Made by a program: the position numbers and the translations under genes. The notes under the pieces are model-generated. The model made no database searches and was not told where the DNA came from. It saw nothing but the letters and a program-made list of their open reading frames with translations. From Terriglobia bacterium (lineage in GTDB: Bacteria > Acidobacteriota > Terriglobia > 20CM-2-55-15), in assembly GCA_965218585.1 (NCBI GenBank), contig CBDCLE010000010.1, positions 1 to 64,000 of the forward strand: a DNA stretch of 64,000 bases, in the 5' to 3' direction. This document shows positions 20,019 to 30,299 of the stretch, one piece after another (within the stretch, counting starts at the first letter, position 1; each line of letters starts with the position of its first letter).

Positions 20019-20969
20019 TCAGTTGCTGCGGGTTATGGCTCGCTCCTGATTGGCTACGCGCCGTGCGAGGCGAGTGGCATCTTCGGCATTGTTGATCAGG
20101 ATGTTCTCCATCCACACCCCAATACCAATCTCACGGAGACCGTCCAAGCTTCCCAGATCCGTCGTGTGAATCACGATGTCGTTGAGAAAGTCGCGGTAAC
20201 GTTCGGCGACATCCCGAACGGAGACTTCGCCCGAGCCCGTAGCGATCATCAGGTCTCCCGTGTCACCGGAAACGGGTTGAGAGCCGATAACGGGACTGAT
20301 CGCTACCACGCCGGCTTCCGATCGGGCAAGGGCATCCCGAATACCGGGTACCGACAGGATGGCACCGATACTCAGAACCGGATCGCTGGGCGCGAGAATG
20401 ACACGAGAAGCTTCAAGGATAGACGTGATGACACTCTCCGGAGCAACTGCGTCGTTCGCACCCTCATAGCTGATTCCGGTGACTGTAGCCGTCTTTTCAT
20501 CCCGAGCCAGATACTCCTCGAGCGACCAGGTTCCCTCCGAGTTATGAATCCGGGTTCGAATGGGATCATTCGTTGCCGGCATGATTCGGGTACCGATCCC
20601 AAAACGGTCCGCCAGTTCCGCAGTGACGTCTTCAAGTTTCGACCCACCTGCCAACAGGTTGGATCGAACCAGGTGGGTTGCCAGTTCGTGGTCCCCGATC
20701 CGAAGTTTGGAGGGCATGCCCAATTTGCGGATCGTGTCCTGACAGTTGTAGGTCTTGTTCGGACGCTCCCATCCGCGATGGGGGTCCAGTTCGCCGGCCA
20801 GGGCATAGAGAATCCCGTCGATGTCAGGACTGACGCGAAGCCCCCAGACGTCATAATCGTCCGCCACATTGGCTACCACGTGGATCTCTTCTTCAGGGAG
20901 AACGTCGACAAGACCCACCAGGAACTTTGCAGCCCCACTGCCTCCTGCCAACACGGTCACATGACTCAT
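20019..20969 (-). CDS. CofD-like 2-phospho-L-lactate transferase family protein (divergent)
   Basis: VLAGG.GAAKFL.GL, GLRVSPDID, IGD..LATHL.R, PATND, VAISPVIG. Confidence 0.78.
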   Translation of the reverse strand: MSHVTVLAGGSGAAKFLVGLVDVLPEEEIHVVANVADDYDVWGLRVSPDIDGILYALAGELDPHRGWERPNKTYNCQDTIRKLGMPSKLRIGDHELATHLVRSNLLAGGSKLEDVTAELADRFGIGTRIMPATNDPIRTRIHNSEGTWSLEEYLARDEKTATVTGISYEGANDAVAPESVITSILEASRVILAPSDPVLSIGAILSVPGIRDALARSEAGVVAISPVIGSQPVSGDTGDLMIATGSGEVSVRDVAERYRDFLNDIVIHTTDLGSLDGLREIGIGVWMENILINNAEDATRLARRVANQERAITRSN

Positions 20970-21044
20970 GGGATAAACACGTCCTTCACTTGATCACTCA
21001 ATTACACATTCGATGACTGGAGCAGTATAACCTTCCGACAGGAC

Positions 21045-21959
21045 TCAGTGTTCGCCCTCTGGAGACGGAAAATTTTCGCTGAGAAAACCGAAGACAGTGT
21101 CCAGATACAGGTCGGGTTCGCGATCGAAAGCACGTCCATGGCCCGCACCTTCGACAACAAGAATATCGCTCGACGAATTGGCCGACGCCGCTCGCAATCT
21201 CTCGGCACGGTCCGGAGGCATTCGCTGGTCTTCACTCCCGGCAATGAACAACATGGGCACTTCCGGAAGGGAGGACACGGCGTGCTCGACATCCCCGTCC
21301 TCTAAATCGAATCCCATTCTTGTTCGTGTGAGAAAAACAAGGAGCGTGGCGACCGGAAACGCCGGCAACCTGAATACGAGACCGACGTGGTGCGAGATGG
21401 TTTCTTCAAACGAAAGAAAAGCACTGTCTGCAATCACTGCCTCGGCGCCCGCACAGCGGGCAGCCCCCAGGATCGCCGTCGATGCCCCCAGCGACACACC
21501 CCAAAATATTTTTTCTCTCCCCGGGGAGACACTGTCTACAAATCGAACTGCAGCACATACATCCCGACTCTCATCCACACCCAGGGTCGTGTATGCATCG
21601 CCACTCTCACCATGATTACGATATTCAAACAGGAGCGTGCCGTACCCGCGCCCACGAGCCTCGCCTGCGCGCTCGAGCAATTCCTGGCGCGACCGATTCA
21701 AGCCGTGCACGAAGAGGATCACTGCCCGGTCACTCTCACCGGGATCCCACCAGCCATGAAGTCTCACTCCATCCGCCGACTCGAACTCGACGTCATCGAC
21801 AGATAAGCCCACTGCATCCGGTTCCAGTCGGTCGCGGTCCGGGAAACGAAATCGGCTGTTCGTGATCAGAAAGGAACCGCCGACGGGTATGACGACCAGG
21901 GGAATCAAGAGAAGGACTGCGAGAACAGATACCAGGGAACGCTTAACCCATCGTTTCAT
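21045..21959 (-). CDS. Membrane-anchored alpha/beta hydrolase
   Basis: N-terminal TM, VHG, HGESG, GVSLGA nucleophile, GSED, GAGH. Confidence 0.88.
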   Translation of the reverse strand: MKRWVKRSLVSVLAVLLLIPLVVIPVGGSFLITNSRFRFPDRDRLEPDAVGLSVDDVEFESADGVRLHGWWDPGESDRAVILFVHGLNRSRQELLERAGEARGRGYGTLLFEYRNHGESGDAYTTLGVDESRDVCAAVRFVDSVSPGREKIFWGVSLGASTAILGAARCAGAEAVIADSAFLSFEETISHHVGLVFRLPAFPVATLLVFLTRTRMGFDLEDGDVEHAVSSLPEVPMLFIAGSEDQRMPPDRAERLRAASANSSSDILVVEGAGHGRAFDREPDLYLDTVFGFLSENFPSPEGEH

Positions 21960-22594
21960 TGAACCGGACCAATCAGGCCGGCTATCGGACCGGTTACTTC
22001 GGGAACCTCACGTTCTATCGTCGTCTCCAGGCTCGCCAGAACCTCTCCGGTGCCTTCGGCAACCACCTCGTAAGTGACCACAGCCGGAGGCAACATCGTC
22101 ACGATTCCGTCGATCGTGTACCTGCGTTTTTCTTCTGCTTCGACAAGATCCGTGAGAACAACAACAAGGGGAAGAGACTGCCCGTCACGATGAATTACCA
22201 GGCGTCGGCCCAGAAAATCCGCGACAACTTCACCTGTTCTTTCAGGTTCTATGCGAACTCGAAACTCCACCGGTATCTCTCGAATAGGTCCATCTGACAC
22301 GTTTTCGAGGATGAGGCTCAGATGATGCCGAAAGATGTTCTCTTCCGGCCGTCCCGATTCACCTTCCAGTTCCACGTGGATGGTCGAATAGTCGACGTCG
22401 GACTGCCGGGGCTGAATAATCCAGACAAAGAAAACGAGGAACAGCAGGCCTGCATAAGGATATGGGCTTTCAAGCCGCAGCTTCCGAACGAGAGCCAGGC
22501 GCCGCGGTGATGGCGAGGCCAGCAACTGCTTTCCACACTTGGAACAGAAGTGGCTGTCTGCCTGGATCGACGCGCCGCAGTGGCTACAAAACAT
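21956..22594 (-). CDS. Zinc-ribbon membrane protein, function unknown
   Basis: MFCSHCG...FCSKCG followed by a TM segment; overlaps stop/start of both neighbours. Confidence 0.75.
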   Translation of the reverse strand: MFCSHCGASIQADSHFCSKCGKQLLASPSPRRLALVRKLRLESPYPYAGLLFLVFFVWIIQPRQSDVDYSTIHVELEGESGRPEENIFRHHLSLILENVSDGPIREIPVEFRVRIEPERTGEVVADFLGRRLVIHRDGQSLPLVVVLTDLVEAEEKRRYTIDGIVTMLPPAVVTYEVVAEGTGEVLASLETTIEREVPEVTGPIAGLIGPVQ

Positions 22595-23469
22595 CAGGCC
22601 CAATCTCGGGGTTGGAAATAAGCCATGGCCGCTTCCTCGACGCTTCCGGGCTCGGGCTGATAGTCATAGGTCCACTCGGCCATCGGCGGCAAGCTCATCA
22701 ATATCGATTCGGTGCGTCCACTGGTCTTGAGACCGAACACCGTTCCTCGGTCATACACCAGATTGAATTCCACATACCGCCCTCGACGCAATGCCTGGAA
22801 GGCTTCTTCGCGTTCTCCATAAGGGGCGGTGCGGCGTCTTTCCACAATGGGTGTATAGGCCGGCAGAAATGCGTTCCCGACCGATTGGACGAACGAGAAT
22901 ATCTCTCCGAGATCTTCCTGAAGGTAGTCAAAAAAGACGCCACCGATGCCACGCATTTCACTCCTGTGACGGATAGCAAAGTATTCGTCGCACCACTTCT
23001 TGAAACGCGGATAGTATTCGGGATCATGCTTCTCGCATGCCGACTTCAGGGTCTCGTGAAAGTGAGCACAGTCGTCCGGGTTCGGATAGCAAGGCGTCAG
23101 ATCCGCACCACCACCAAACCATGCTGCGTCTCCCTTCTCCAGATACCGGAAGTTGGCATGCGTGATCGGCACCATCGGATTCCGCGGGTGAATCACCAGC
23201 GATATGCCGGCAGCGAAAAAGTCCGTGCCCTCTCCAAGCGGGATTTCGTCCGCAAATTCTTCCGGAAGACTGCCGTGAACTCGAGAAAAATTCACGCCCC
23301 CCTTCTCAAAGACGTCCCCTCCTTCCAGAACACGGGTGCGACCACCCCCGCCCCCTTCGCGTTCCCAGAGATCTTCCCGAAACGGTTGACCGTCGATCTC
23401 GGAAAGCGTTTCGGTGATCCGATCCTGCAACGCCATGAAGTAGTTCGGGGCATCGTCTCTTAAAGACAT
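22594..23469 (-). CDS. hemF: Oxygen-dependent coproporphyrinogen III oxidase
   Basis: EKGGVNFS, HPRNP..P..HANFRY, WFGGGADLTP, RRGRYVEFNLVYDRGT.FGL. Confidence 0.97.
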   Translation of the reverse strand: MSLRDDAPNYFMALQDRITETLSEIDGQPFREDLWEREGGGGGRTRVLEGGDVFEKGGVNFSRVHGSLPEEFADEIPLGEGTDFFAAGISLVIHPRNPMVPITHANFRYLEKGDAAWFGGGADLTPCYPNPDDCAHFHETLKSACEKHDPEYYPRFKKWCDEYFAIRHRSEMRGIGGVFFDYLQEDLGEIFSFVQSVGNAFLPAYTPIVERRRTAPYGEREEAFQALRRGRYVEFNLVYDRGTVFGLKTSGRTESILMSLPPMAEWTYDYQPEPGSVEEAAMAYFQPRDWA

Positions 23470-23548
23470 GCTGCAATGATAACGCGGATTGAGAAATGAT
23501 GGTTGCGCGTGCAGAGTGCTTCGGATACGATTCGCCCAGTTTCAGCTC

Positions 23549-24913
23549 ATGTCCAAGGTTCTCGATTCTTACGTGGAATCTATTCGCGGAGAATTCGAAG
23601 GCAAGCTCCGCGAGTGGGTGGAAGTCCAGACGATCAGCGCATTGCCGGACCATCGGTCCGAAATCGACAGCTGAGCCCAGGCCGCGGCCGCATATCTCAC
23701 CGAGCTCGGCGCCCACGCTGAAGTGATTCCCACACCCGGTTGTCCCGTCGTCTGGGGCAAGTTCGAAACCGATCCGTCACACCCGACCGTGACCGTCTAC
23801 AACCATCTCGATGTTCAACCCGCCGACGAACCGGAATGGCGGAGCGACCCATTCCGCATGCGCGTCGAGTCCGACACCTATATCGGACGCGGAACGACAG
23901 ACGATAAGGGACCGGCCCTGACCGCCTTGCTCAGCGCACGGCATTCCATCGAAAGCGGTGTGCCTCTGAATATTCAGTTCATATGGGAATTTGAGGAAGA
24001 GATCGGCAGCCCGAATTTTGAAGCCTTCATGAGGGACCGTTTCTCCGATTTGAGTACGGACTCGGTGGTCATTTCCGACACGATCTGGGTCTCCAGAGAA
24101 CGCCCGGCAATTCCGTTCGGCCTGCGGGGTCTTCTCTCGATCCGCGTGTCGCTGGAAACGGGAACTAAGGATGTTCATTCGGGACTGACCGGAGGTGGCG
24201 CCCGAAACCCGTTGTCGGAACTCTGCACCCTGATCTCGGAATGCTACGATTCGGTGACCGGGCAAGTCCAGATACCGGGTTTCTATGAAAACGTTCTGGC
24301 ACCGACCTCAGAGGAACTGGATGGCTTTCTGAATTCGGGATTCGACGCGGAGACTTTTCAAAAAGCGCACGAACTCCTGAAGATGCGATCGAGCAACGCC
24401 ACAGACTTAATGCGACGCGTCTGGACGCGCCCGACATTTGAAGTCCACGGTATCGTCGGTGGCTATACGGGCCCCGGTGTAAAGACTTCAATTCCTCCCC
24501 GTGCCGAGGCCAAGATCAGTATGCGGCTGGTTCCGGATCAGGACCCTGAAGCCCAATTCGAAGTGGTGAAGACCTTCATGGAAGAAGAGAACCCGGACGT
24601 TCGAGTTGAACTGGACTCTAAGCTCGCGCCGTTTTCGGGAATCCGAAACGGCCCTCATGCGGATGCTGCCCGTGACGCCATGACCACGGCCTTCGGAAAA
24701 GAGCCCGCATCGGTCCGGGAAGGAGGTTCGATTGGCGCCGCGATCACGCTGCACGACTATCTGAAGGCGCCCGTCCTGTTCCTGGGCCTCAGCCTTCCCG
24801 AGCACGGCTATCACGCCCCGAACGAACACTTCGACTGGCACCAAGCTTCCGGAGGCGTCCGGATGTTCACACGCTACTTCCAAAATCTTTCGAAGATACC
24901 CAGCGATTCCTAG
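23549..24913 (+). pseudogene. M20-family dipeptidase with in-frame TGA at 23672-23674
   Basis: One frame from ATG 23549; YNHLDVQPA, GRGTTDDKGP, EFEEEIGS, DVHSG, HAPNEHF. Confidence 0.82.
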
Positions 24914-24925
24914 TGACCTGTGCCG

Positions 24926-26092
24926 CTAGTACGGAATCAGGTTGCGCCCGACGACATCCCAATAACTCTCCTGCCGCCCATCTCGGGCATCGTCGAGAAA
25001 CGCCCGGGCGGGTTGGATGAGACTTGTGGGGCGGTGTCCCGACTGGTTTTGCGGATGCAACGGGCCAAACGTCGGAAAGTAGGCTCGGATAAAGACGGCA
25101 TCGTCTGTGAAAGGGAAAGACTCTACGTTAGACACGTAGCCCTGCCATGCAGGCAAACCGAAGAGATAAAATTCAACGTTGGAAGCGTAGAAAACCGACA
25201 CGTCTAATCCATTCTCCTCGAGATACCCCGCCGTAGCCTTGAGGGCGTCCGCTCCAGCGAAGTCACCGACTATTGGTATCAAACGGTTCTCTCTCTGAAA
25301 CTGCTGCAATCGGGAAAACAACACGTCATCGGACAGGTAGCTCTGAAACTGATTATCGAGATCGGTTTCACGGATCAACTCTTCAAACGATGGATAGCCG
25401 ACCGAGGTGCGCCCCAGGGTCGAAAACCGCATCCCCAGACCGGCCTCGAAGAATGACCGGTAAACATAGGCGATGCGTTCCAGATCCAAATCCGCCAAGG
25501 ACAATTCATAGTCATCCAGCAGGACACCATTAACGTGGCCAAGGTTCTCCCGGAACAATTCTGCGTTGGGAGGAGCAGTGCGTACTTCAAAGAGCATGTC
25601 TCCAAGTCCGATATCGCCTTCCCTGGGAGTACAGTCCCTCGAAAAGAGGTCACACAAGAAATCGTAGCGGTCGGCCGCCTCCTCGATCAGGACCTTGAAG
25701 AGAAGATGTTGCAGCATGTTCTGCCGCCGGATGTCGGCGATGATGGCAATAGAAGGACTGGAATGGACGATGTAGCTGAAGTTCTGATCAGGTCCGACTC
25801 CGAAGTAAGCCCCGCCTGGAGAAACATTTTCTTTGAGGCTCGGCACCACGTGCAGATAGGACGTTTCGTTCGAAATAAAGTTATCCGTGTCGAAATATCC
25901 TTCGGGCTCGGAAAGTCGCTCGATGAGTTCTGCGAATTCCGCACGTGTAATCTCGACCTCGGCCGGAGTGCGGGCGGGGTTGCCTGCGGGTGGAGGCAAA
26001 CCCAGCGAGGCCAGGACAATCCCCAACCCCACAGCCAGTCCGAGGAATGCCAATAGCCATTGGCGACGAGTGAGTGATTGCGAACGGGACAC
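24926..26092 (-). CDS. Conserved hypothetical exported/membrane-anchored protein
   Basis: 388-aa ORF, N-terminal TM, GYFDTDNFISNE and GGAYFGVGPDQNFSYI motifs. Confidence 0.75.
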   Translation of the reverse strand: MSRSQSLTRRQWLLAFLGLAVGLGIVLASLGLPPPAGNPARTPAEVEITRAEFAELIERLSEPEGYFDTDNFISNETSYLHVVPSLKENVSPGGAYFGVGPDQNFSYIVHSSPSIAIIADIRRQNMLQHLLFKVLIEEAADRYDFLCDLFSRDCTPREGDIGLGDMLFEVRTAPPNAELFRENLGHVNGVLLDDYELSLADLDLERIAYVYRSFFEAGLGMRFSTLGRTSVGYPSFEELIRETDLDNQFQSYLSDDVLFSRLQQFQRENRLIPIVGDFAGADALKATAGYLEENGLDVSVFYASNVEFYLFGLPAWQGYVSNVESFPFTDDAVFIRAYFPTFGPLHPQNQSGHRPTSLIQPARAFLDDARDGRQESYWDVVGRNLIPY

Positions 26093-26149
26093 GGTCCCTA
26101 GAAATACTACGGCAGGAAATAACTTCGAAGACCGACCAGAATGTTGGTT

Positions 26150-26464
26150 CTAACTGACCGTGCGGCTCACCAGGCTTGCACGCTTCCCGAGAAGCAAATC
26201 GATAATAAGCCCGACCCGGCACTGCCACCGCCGCCCGTCGTTCAGATGGAGCGTCAGTTCGGCGTTCTCCTGAAGCAATGCCCAAAGGTCGATGTCGCTC
26301 TCAACTCTGATATCCGCCCGGACATCGGCAGATTCATTGGAGGTCTCGAGGTCAGAAAAGGCAGTGGAGTTAAATCCGTAGACGACACGCCCCAGGCATT
26401 CGTCTCCGCAGTGCAGTTCTCCCTCACCGGTGATGGACTGAACGAGTTCTAACGTCTTGGCCAT
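26150..26464 (-). CDS. Hypothetical protein (~104 aa)
   Basis: AGGAGG RBS before ATG 26464; plausible globular composition. Confidence 0.55.
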   Translation of the reverse strand: MAKTLELVQSITGEGELHCGDECLGRVVYGFNSTAFSDLETSNESADVRADIRVESDIDLWALLQENAELTLHLNDGRRWQCRVGLIIDLLLGKRASLVSRTVS

Positions 26465-26618
26465 TCCGAAGAGCCTCCTTGTTCTCTTTTCGTACTTCTC
26501 CGACGTTCTCGGTAGGCGCAAATCCTGCGCGCTCATATAGATTGACCCACTACACGGACAGATGAGGTCCTTCCGTTGCGCTCGCAGCGGCGGCGGGTCT
26601 CGACTATCATGTCCGTCC

Positions 26619-27266
26619 ATGTCTGCCCCAACACGGAAACTGACATTCGAAGGCGTATCCGTCGTAGTTGAAAAACCCCGGAATTGGAACGGACACCTGG
26701 CGTTCGTTCTGGCCCACGGGGCAGGACAGAACATGGAGTCGCCCTTCATGTCCTTCTTCCACCGAGGCATTGCCCGGCTCGGACATCTTTCAGTGAAATT
26801 CAACTTCTCCTATATGGAGCAGGGAAAGAAGGCCCCGAATCCTCAGAAGAGACTTCGCGACACATACCGGGGCGTGATCGGTTTAATCGAGAACAAATTC
26901 AAGCCTCGTGTTCTGATCATCGGAGGCAAGTCCATGGGTGGGCGCATCGCCTCTTACATCGCTGGCGAGACGGCTTCTGTTCGCGGTCTCCTTTTTTTGG
27001 GATATCCGCTACATCCTCCTGGACGAACCGAAAAACTGAGAGACGCGCACCTGTATAAACTCGACCGGCCGATGCTCTTTATCAGTGGAACGCGCGACAC
27101 GCTCGCCAGACAGGAACTGCTCGACAAGGTCGTTGAAAAGATAGGATCACGCGGCATGATTCACTGGGTTGAAGGAGGCGGCCACTCTCTGAAAGGTCGC
27201 AAGAAGGACCCGGACGGTATGCCTCATACTTTGGGTGTAATACGCGACTGGTCGAAACAGTTCTAG
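26619..27266 (+). CDS. Alpha/beta hydrolase (KANL3/Tex30-like)
   Basis: LAHGAG, GGKSMGGR, GYPLHPPG, GTRD, GGHS. Confidence 0.88.
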   Translation: MSAPTRKLTFEGVSVVVEKPRNWNGHLAFVLAHGAGQNMESPFMSFFHRGIARLGHLSVKFNFSYMEQGKKAPNPQKRLRDTYRGVIGLIENKFKPRVLIIGGKSMGGRIASYIAGETASVRGLLFLGYPLHPPGRTEKLRDAHLYKLDRPMLFISGTRDTLARQELLDKVVEKIGSRGMIHWVEGGGHSLKGRKKDPDGMPHTLGVIRDWSKQF

Positions 27267-27341
27267 TAGTTGGCAAGGGATTTTGGATAGGCCATGGTGC
27301 GATGGTCTACCTGACCCAGACCGTCCCTTCATTCCCTTGCT

Positions 27342-27400
27342 CTGACGCCTCGGCTGTTGCCTCGTCGTCCACCCGCACCGGGGACCGGTGCGGGTCCTTC
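27342..27400 (+). repeat. Short REP-like repeat (head module)
   Basis: CTGACGCCTCGGCT..GCCTCGT.GTCCA-CCCGCACCGG-GGA-CCGGTGCGGG; homologs at 45948, 50940, 4697. Confidence 0.75.
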
Positions 27401-27536
27401 TGGGAGCTGCCCCGAATTAGAACGTGCCCTGTTTGGAGTCTATCGGATTGGGGAGTTCAACAGCGCGGAGGCAAATGATCAATTTTGATCCCAGAAATCC
27501 GTGTAATCCTCTCCAATACGTGTACCCTGTGTAGAC

Positions 27537-30290
27537 ATGTCCCAAACACCGCGTCCACCGACCATCGAATTGCCCCCCGGAGCCGGACTCGTCTACAAAC
27601 TGTTCGGGATCGTTATTCTCCTGCTCCTGGGAAACCAGGCGATATCTATCTATGTGGAGACCCTCTGGTTCGAAACCGTCGGCTTCGAGTCTGTGTATTG
27701 GTACAGACTGGGGATGCAGTGGGGCACATTCGCCGTGTTCGCTCTGGCGACAGCCGGATCCCTGGGGATACTCCTCTGGTTTCTGTCTCCGCGTAAAGGC
27801 GAAAGCCGATCGGTCATCGAGTTCGGCGGAGAAACCCTGGTCATTCCAACCCCCGAGTTCTTTCGGCGAATGGCCGCTGCCGTCGCCCTTGTCTTCGGCA
27901 TTCTTTTCGGACTTGCGTACAGCATCAATTGGCCCGTCTACGCACTGTATCTGAACAGGCCGGCCCCATCGGCGGTCGTTGATCCGATTCTGGGCCAGGA
28001 TCTGAACTTCTATCTTTTTGTCCTGCCCGCGCTGGAATCGCTGTCGTCCTGGCTGGTTTCCATCAGCGTCATCGTTCTCCTAGCGGCGGCTCTGGTTGCA
28101 CCGCTGGACGAATCCAGAAGATTTCGCGGGCTGAGTCTGGGCCTGGCTTTGACGCTGCTGGCCCTGGCAACCCGGGCCTACCTGTACCGGTTCCACCTGC
28201 TGTATGACGAACATCCCCTGATTTCAGGTGTCACCTACGTCGACGACAACGCGATAATCCCCGGCTTGACCTTCCTGATCGGAGCTTTGCTCATTGGCGC
28301 GGCGGTCAGTGCCTACAATCTCCAGGCTTGCCAGGTAAGGAATATGGCAATCGCAGCCGGAGTGCCGGTCCTGGTTTACGTCTTTGCCTGGATCCTGATC
28401 CCGGGCTACGTCACCAACTTCGTGGTTCGACCGAACGAACTGGTTAGGGAATCGCCTTATATCACCCATAACATCGAACATACCCGCCAGGCTTTCGGAT
28501 TGGATGGAATCGAGGAGATCCCGTTTGAACCTGCGGTCAGCGACGGGGTGTTCGATCCTGAGGCGCATGCCCAGACTCTGGACAATGTCCGGCTCTGGGA
28601 CTGGCGAGCACTCCAGTCCACGTTGCAGCAGGTGCAGGAAATACGCACCTACTACAATTTCTCGGACGTCGACGTCGACAGGTATGAAATCGACGGGGAA
28701 AAGCGCTCGATGATGTTGGCGACCCGGGAGTTGAACCTGACGAACCTGCCGGCAGGATCGAGCAACTGGATCAACGAGCGGTTGATCTTCACTCACGGAT
28801 ACGGCGTGACGATGAACCCGGTCAGCCGTTTCACGGACGAAGGTCTTCCTGAATTTGTTCTTCGCGACATGCCGGTGGAAACAACCATCCCGTCGATCAA
28901 CCTCGAACGGCCCGAAATCTATTTCGGCGAGATGACGAACTGGCCGGTCTACGTCAAGACCCGGCAGCAGGAGTTCAACTACCCGGAAGGGGAGAGCAAC
29001 AATTATTCGACCTACGAGGGGACAGCGGGCATACAGATTGGGTCGATGCTCCGGCGCCTGATTCTGGCCTATGAGACCGGCGAGCTGACGACGTTGCCGT
29101 TTGCCCAGGACGTCACCCCGGACAGTGAACTATTGATGCGGCGAAATATTCGCGATCGCATCAGCCGCATTGCCCCCTTCCTGATCTACGATGACGACGC
29201 TTACATCGTCGTGGGTGACGACGGGGGACTGTACTGGATGATTGACGCCTTTACGGTAGCCAATACCTATCCCTATTCCAGGCAGATCCTGTTCCGGGGA
29301 CAACCCGTCAATTACATCCGCAACAGCGTCAAGGTCGTTATCAACGCTTACGATGGGAGCGCCCAGTTCTATGTCTTCGAACCGGACGACCCCGTTATCC
29401 AGGCGTATCGCAACACGTTCCCGGATCTTTTTCTGAATGCCGACCAGATGCCGGCCGGCCTTGAGGCGCATGTCCGCTATCCCGAGTTGATGTTCCGGAT
29501 CCAGGCCCTGGTCTATGCGACCTATCACGTTCAGGATGAACAGGTCTTCTACAACCAGGAAGACCTCTGGACCGTCGCCCAGCAGGGCCGGTCCCAGGCA
29601 GGGTCCGATGAAATCGAACCCTACTTCGTTCTGCTTCGTTTCCCGGGTGAGGAAGACGTGGAGTTCGTCTCGATACTCCCGTTTACACCCTCGAATAGGA
29701 ACAACCTGATCGGCTGGATGGCCGCACGCAGCGATGGGGATGACTACGGCAAGTTGAGGGCATATCAGTTTCCCAAGACGCGATTCGTGGATGGTCCGCT
29801 CCAGATCGAGGCTCGGATCGACCAGGACCCTGAGCTTTCATCACAGTTGAGTCTCTGGAACCAGCAGGGATCGACCGTCCTTCGCGGGAACCTCCTGGTC
29901 ATACCTCTCGACGACACGCTGCTTTTCGTGGCGCCGATCTTCCTGCAGGCCGAACGGAGTCCGATGCCCGAACTGCGGATCGTCGTCCTGGCAACCCAGG
30001 ACCGGATGGCATACGGCGCGTCGTTTGAAGAAGCCCTGACCAACCTGCTCAATCGCAGTTTCACCTTTTCTCCGGACCCGGGAGTCGAACTCACTGAAAC
30101 AGGTCTCGATGGTCTTCCCCCGTCACCGGTACTTACCGAAACAGCCGTGGACAGCACACTGATCCAGCGGGCGAACCAGGCGCTCTCCAACTACCAGCGT
30201 TTCACCGCCGAAGGGCGGATGGCAGATGCCGGGCAGAGTCTGGAAGAACTTCGAGAAGCACTGGAAGAGCTCAGCCTCACTTCTCCCTGA
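27537..30290 (+). CDS. UPF0182 family membrane protein
   Basis: LWF..VG, DP.LG.D..FY.F.LP, NVRLWD, DVDVDRY, FTHGYG, NYIRNSVKVV. Confidence 0.93.
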   Translation: MSQTPRPPTIELPPGAGLVYKLFGIVILLLLGNQAISIYVETLWFETVGFESVYWYRLGMQWGTFAVFALATAGSLGILLWFLSPRKGESRSVIEFGGETLVIPTPEFFRRMAAAVALVFGILFGLAYSINWPVYALYLNRPAPSAVVDPILGQDLNFYLFVLPALESLSSWLVSISVIVLLAAALVAPLDESRRFRGLSLGLALTLLALATRAYLYRFHLLYDEHPLISGVTYVDDNAIIPGLTFLIGALLIGAAVSAYNLQACQVRNMAIAAGVPVLVYVFAWILIPGYVTNFVVRPNELVRESPYITHNIEHTRQAFGLDGIEEIPFEPAVSDGVFDPEAHAQTLDNVRLWDWRALQSTLQQVQEIRTYYNFSDVDVDRYEIDGEKRSMMLATRELNLTNLPAGSSNWINERLIFTHGYGVTMNPVSRFTDEGLPEFVLRDMPVETTIPSINLERPEIYFGEMTNWPVYVKTRQQEFNYPEGESNNYSTYEGTAGIQIGSMLRRLILAYETGELTTLPFAQDVTPDSELLMRRNIRDRISRIAPFLIYDDDAYIVVGDDGGLYWMIDAFTVANTYPYSRQILFRGQPVNYIRNSVKVVINAYDGSAQFYVFEPDDPVIQAYRNTFPDLFLNADQMPAGLEAHVRYPELMFRIQALVYATYHVQDEQVFYNQEDLWTVAQQGRSQAGSDEIEPYFVLLRFPGEEDVEFVSILPFTPSNRNNLIGWMAARSDGDDYGKLRAYQFPKTRFVDGPLQIEARIDQDPELSSQLSLWNQQGSTVLRGNLLVIPLDDTLLFVAPIFLQAERSPMPELRIVVLATQDRMAYGASFEEALTNLLNRSFTFSPDPGVELTETGLDGLPPSPVLTETAVDSTLIQRANQALSNYQRFTAEGRMADAGQSLEELREALEELSLTSP

Positions 30291-30299
30291 CCCCCTTCG

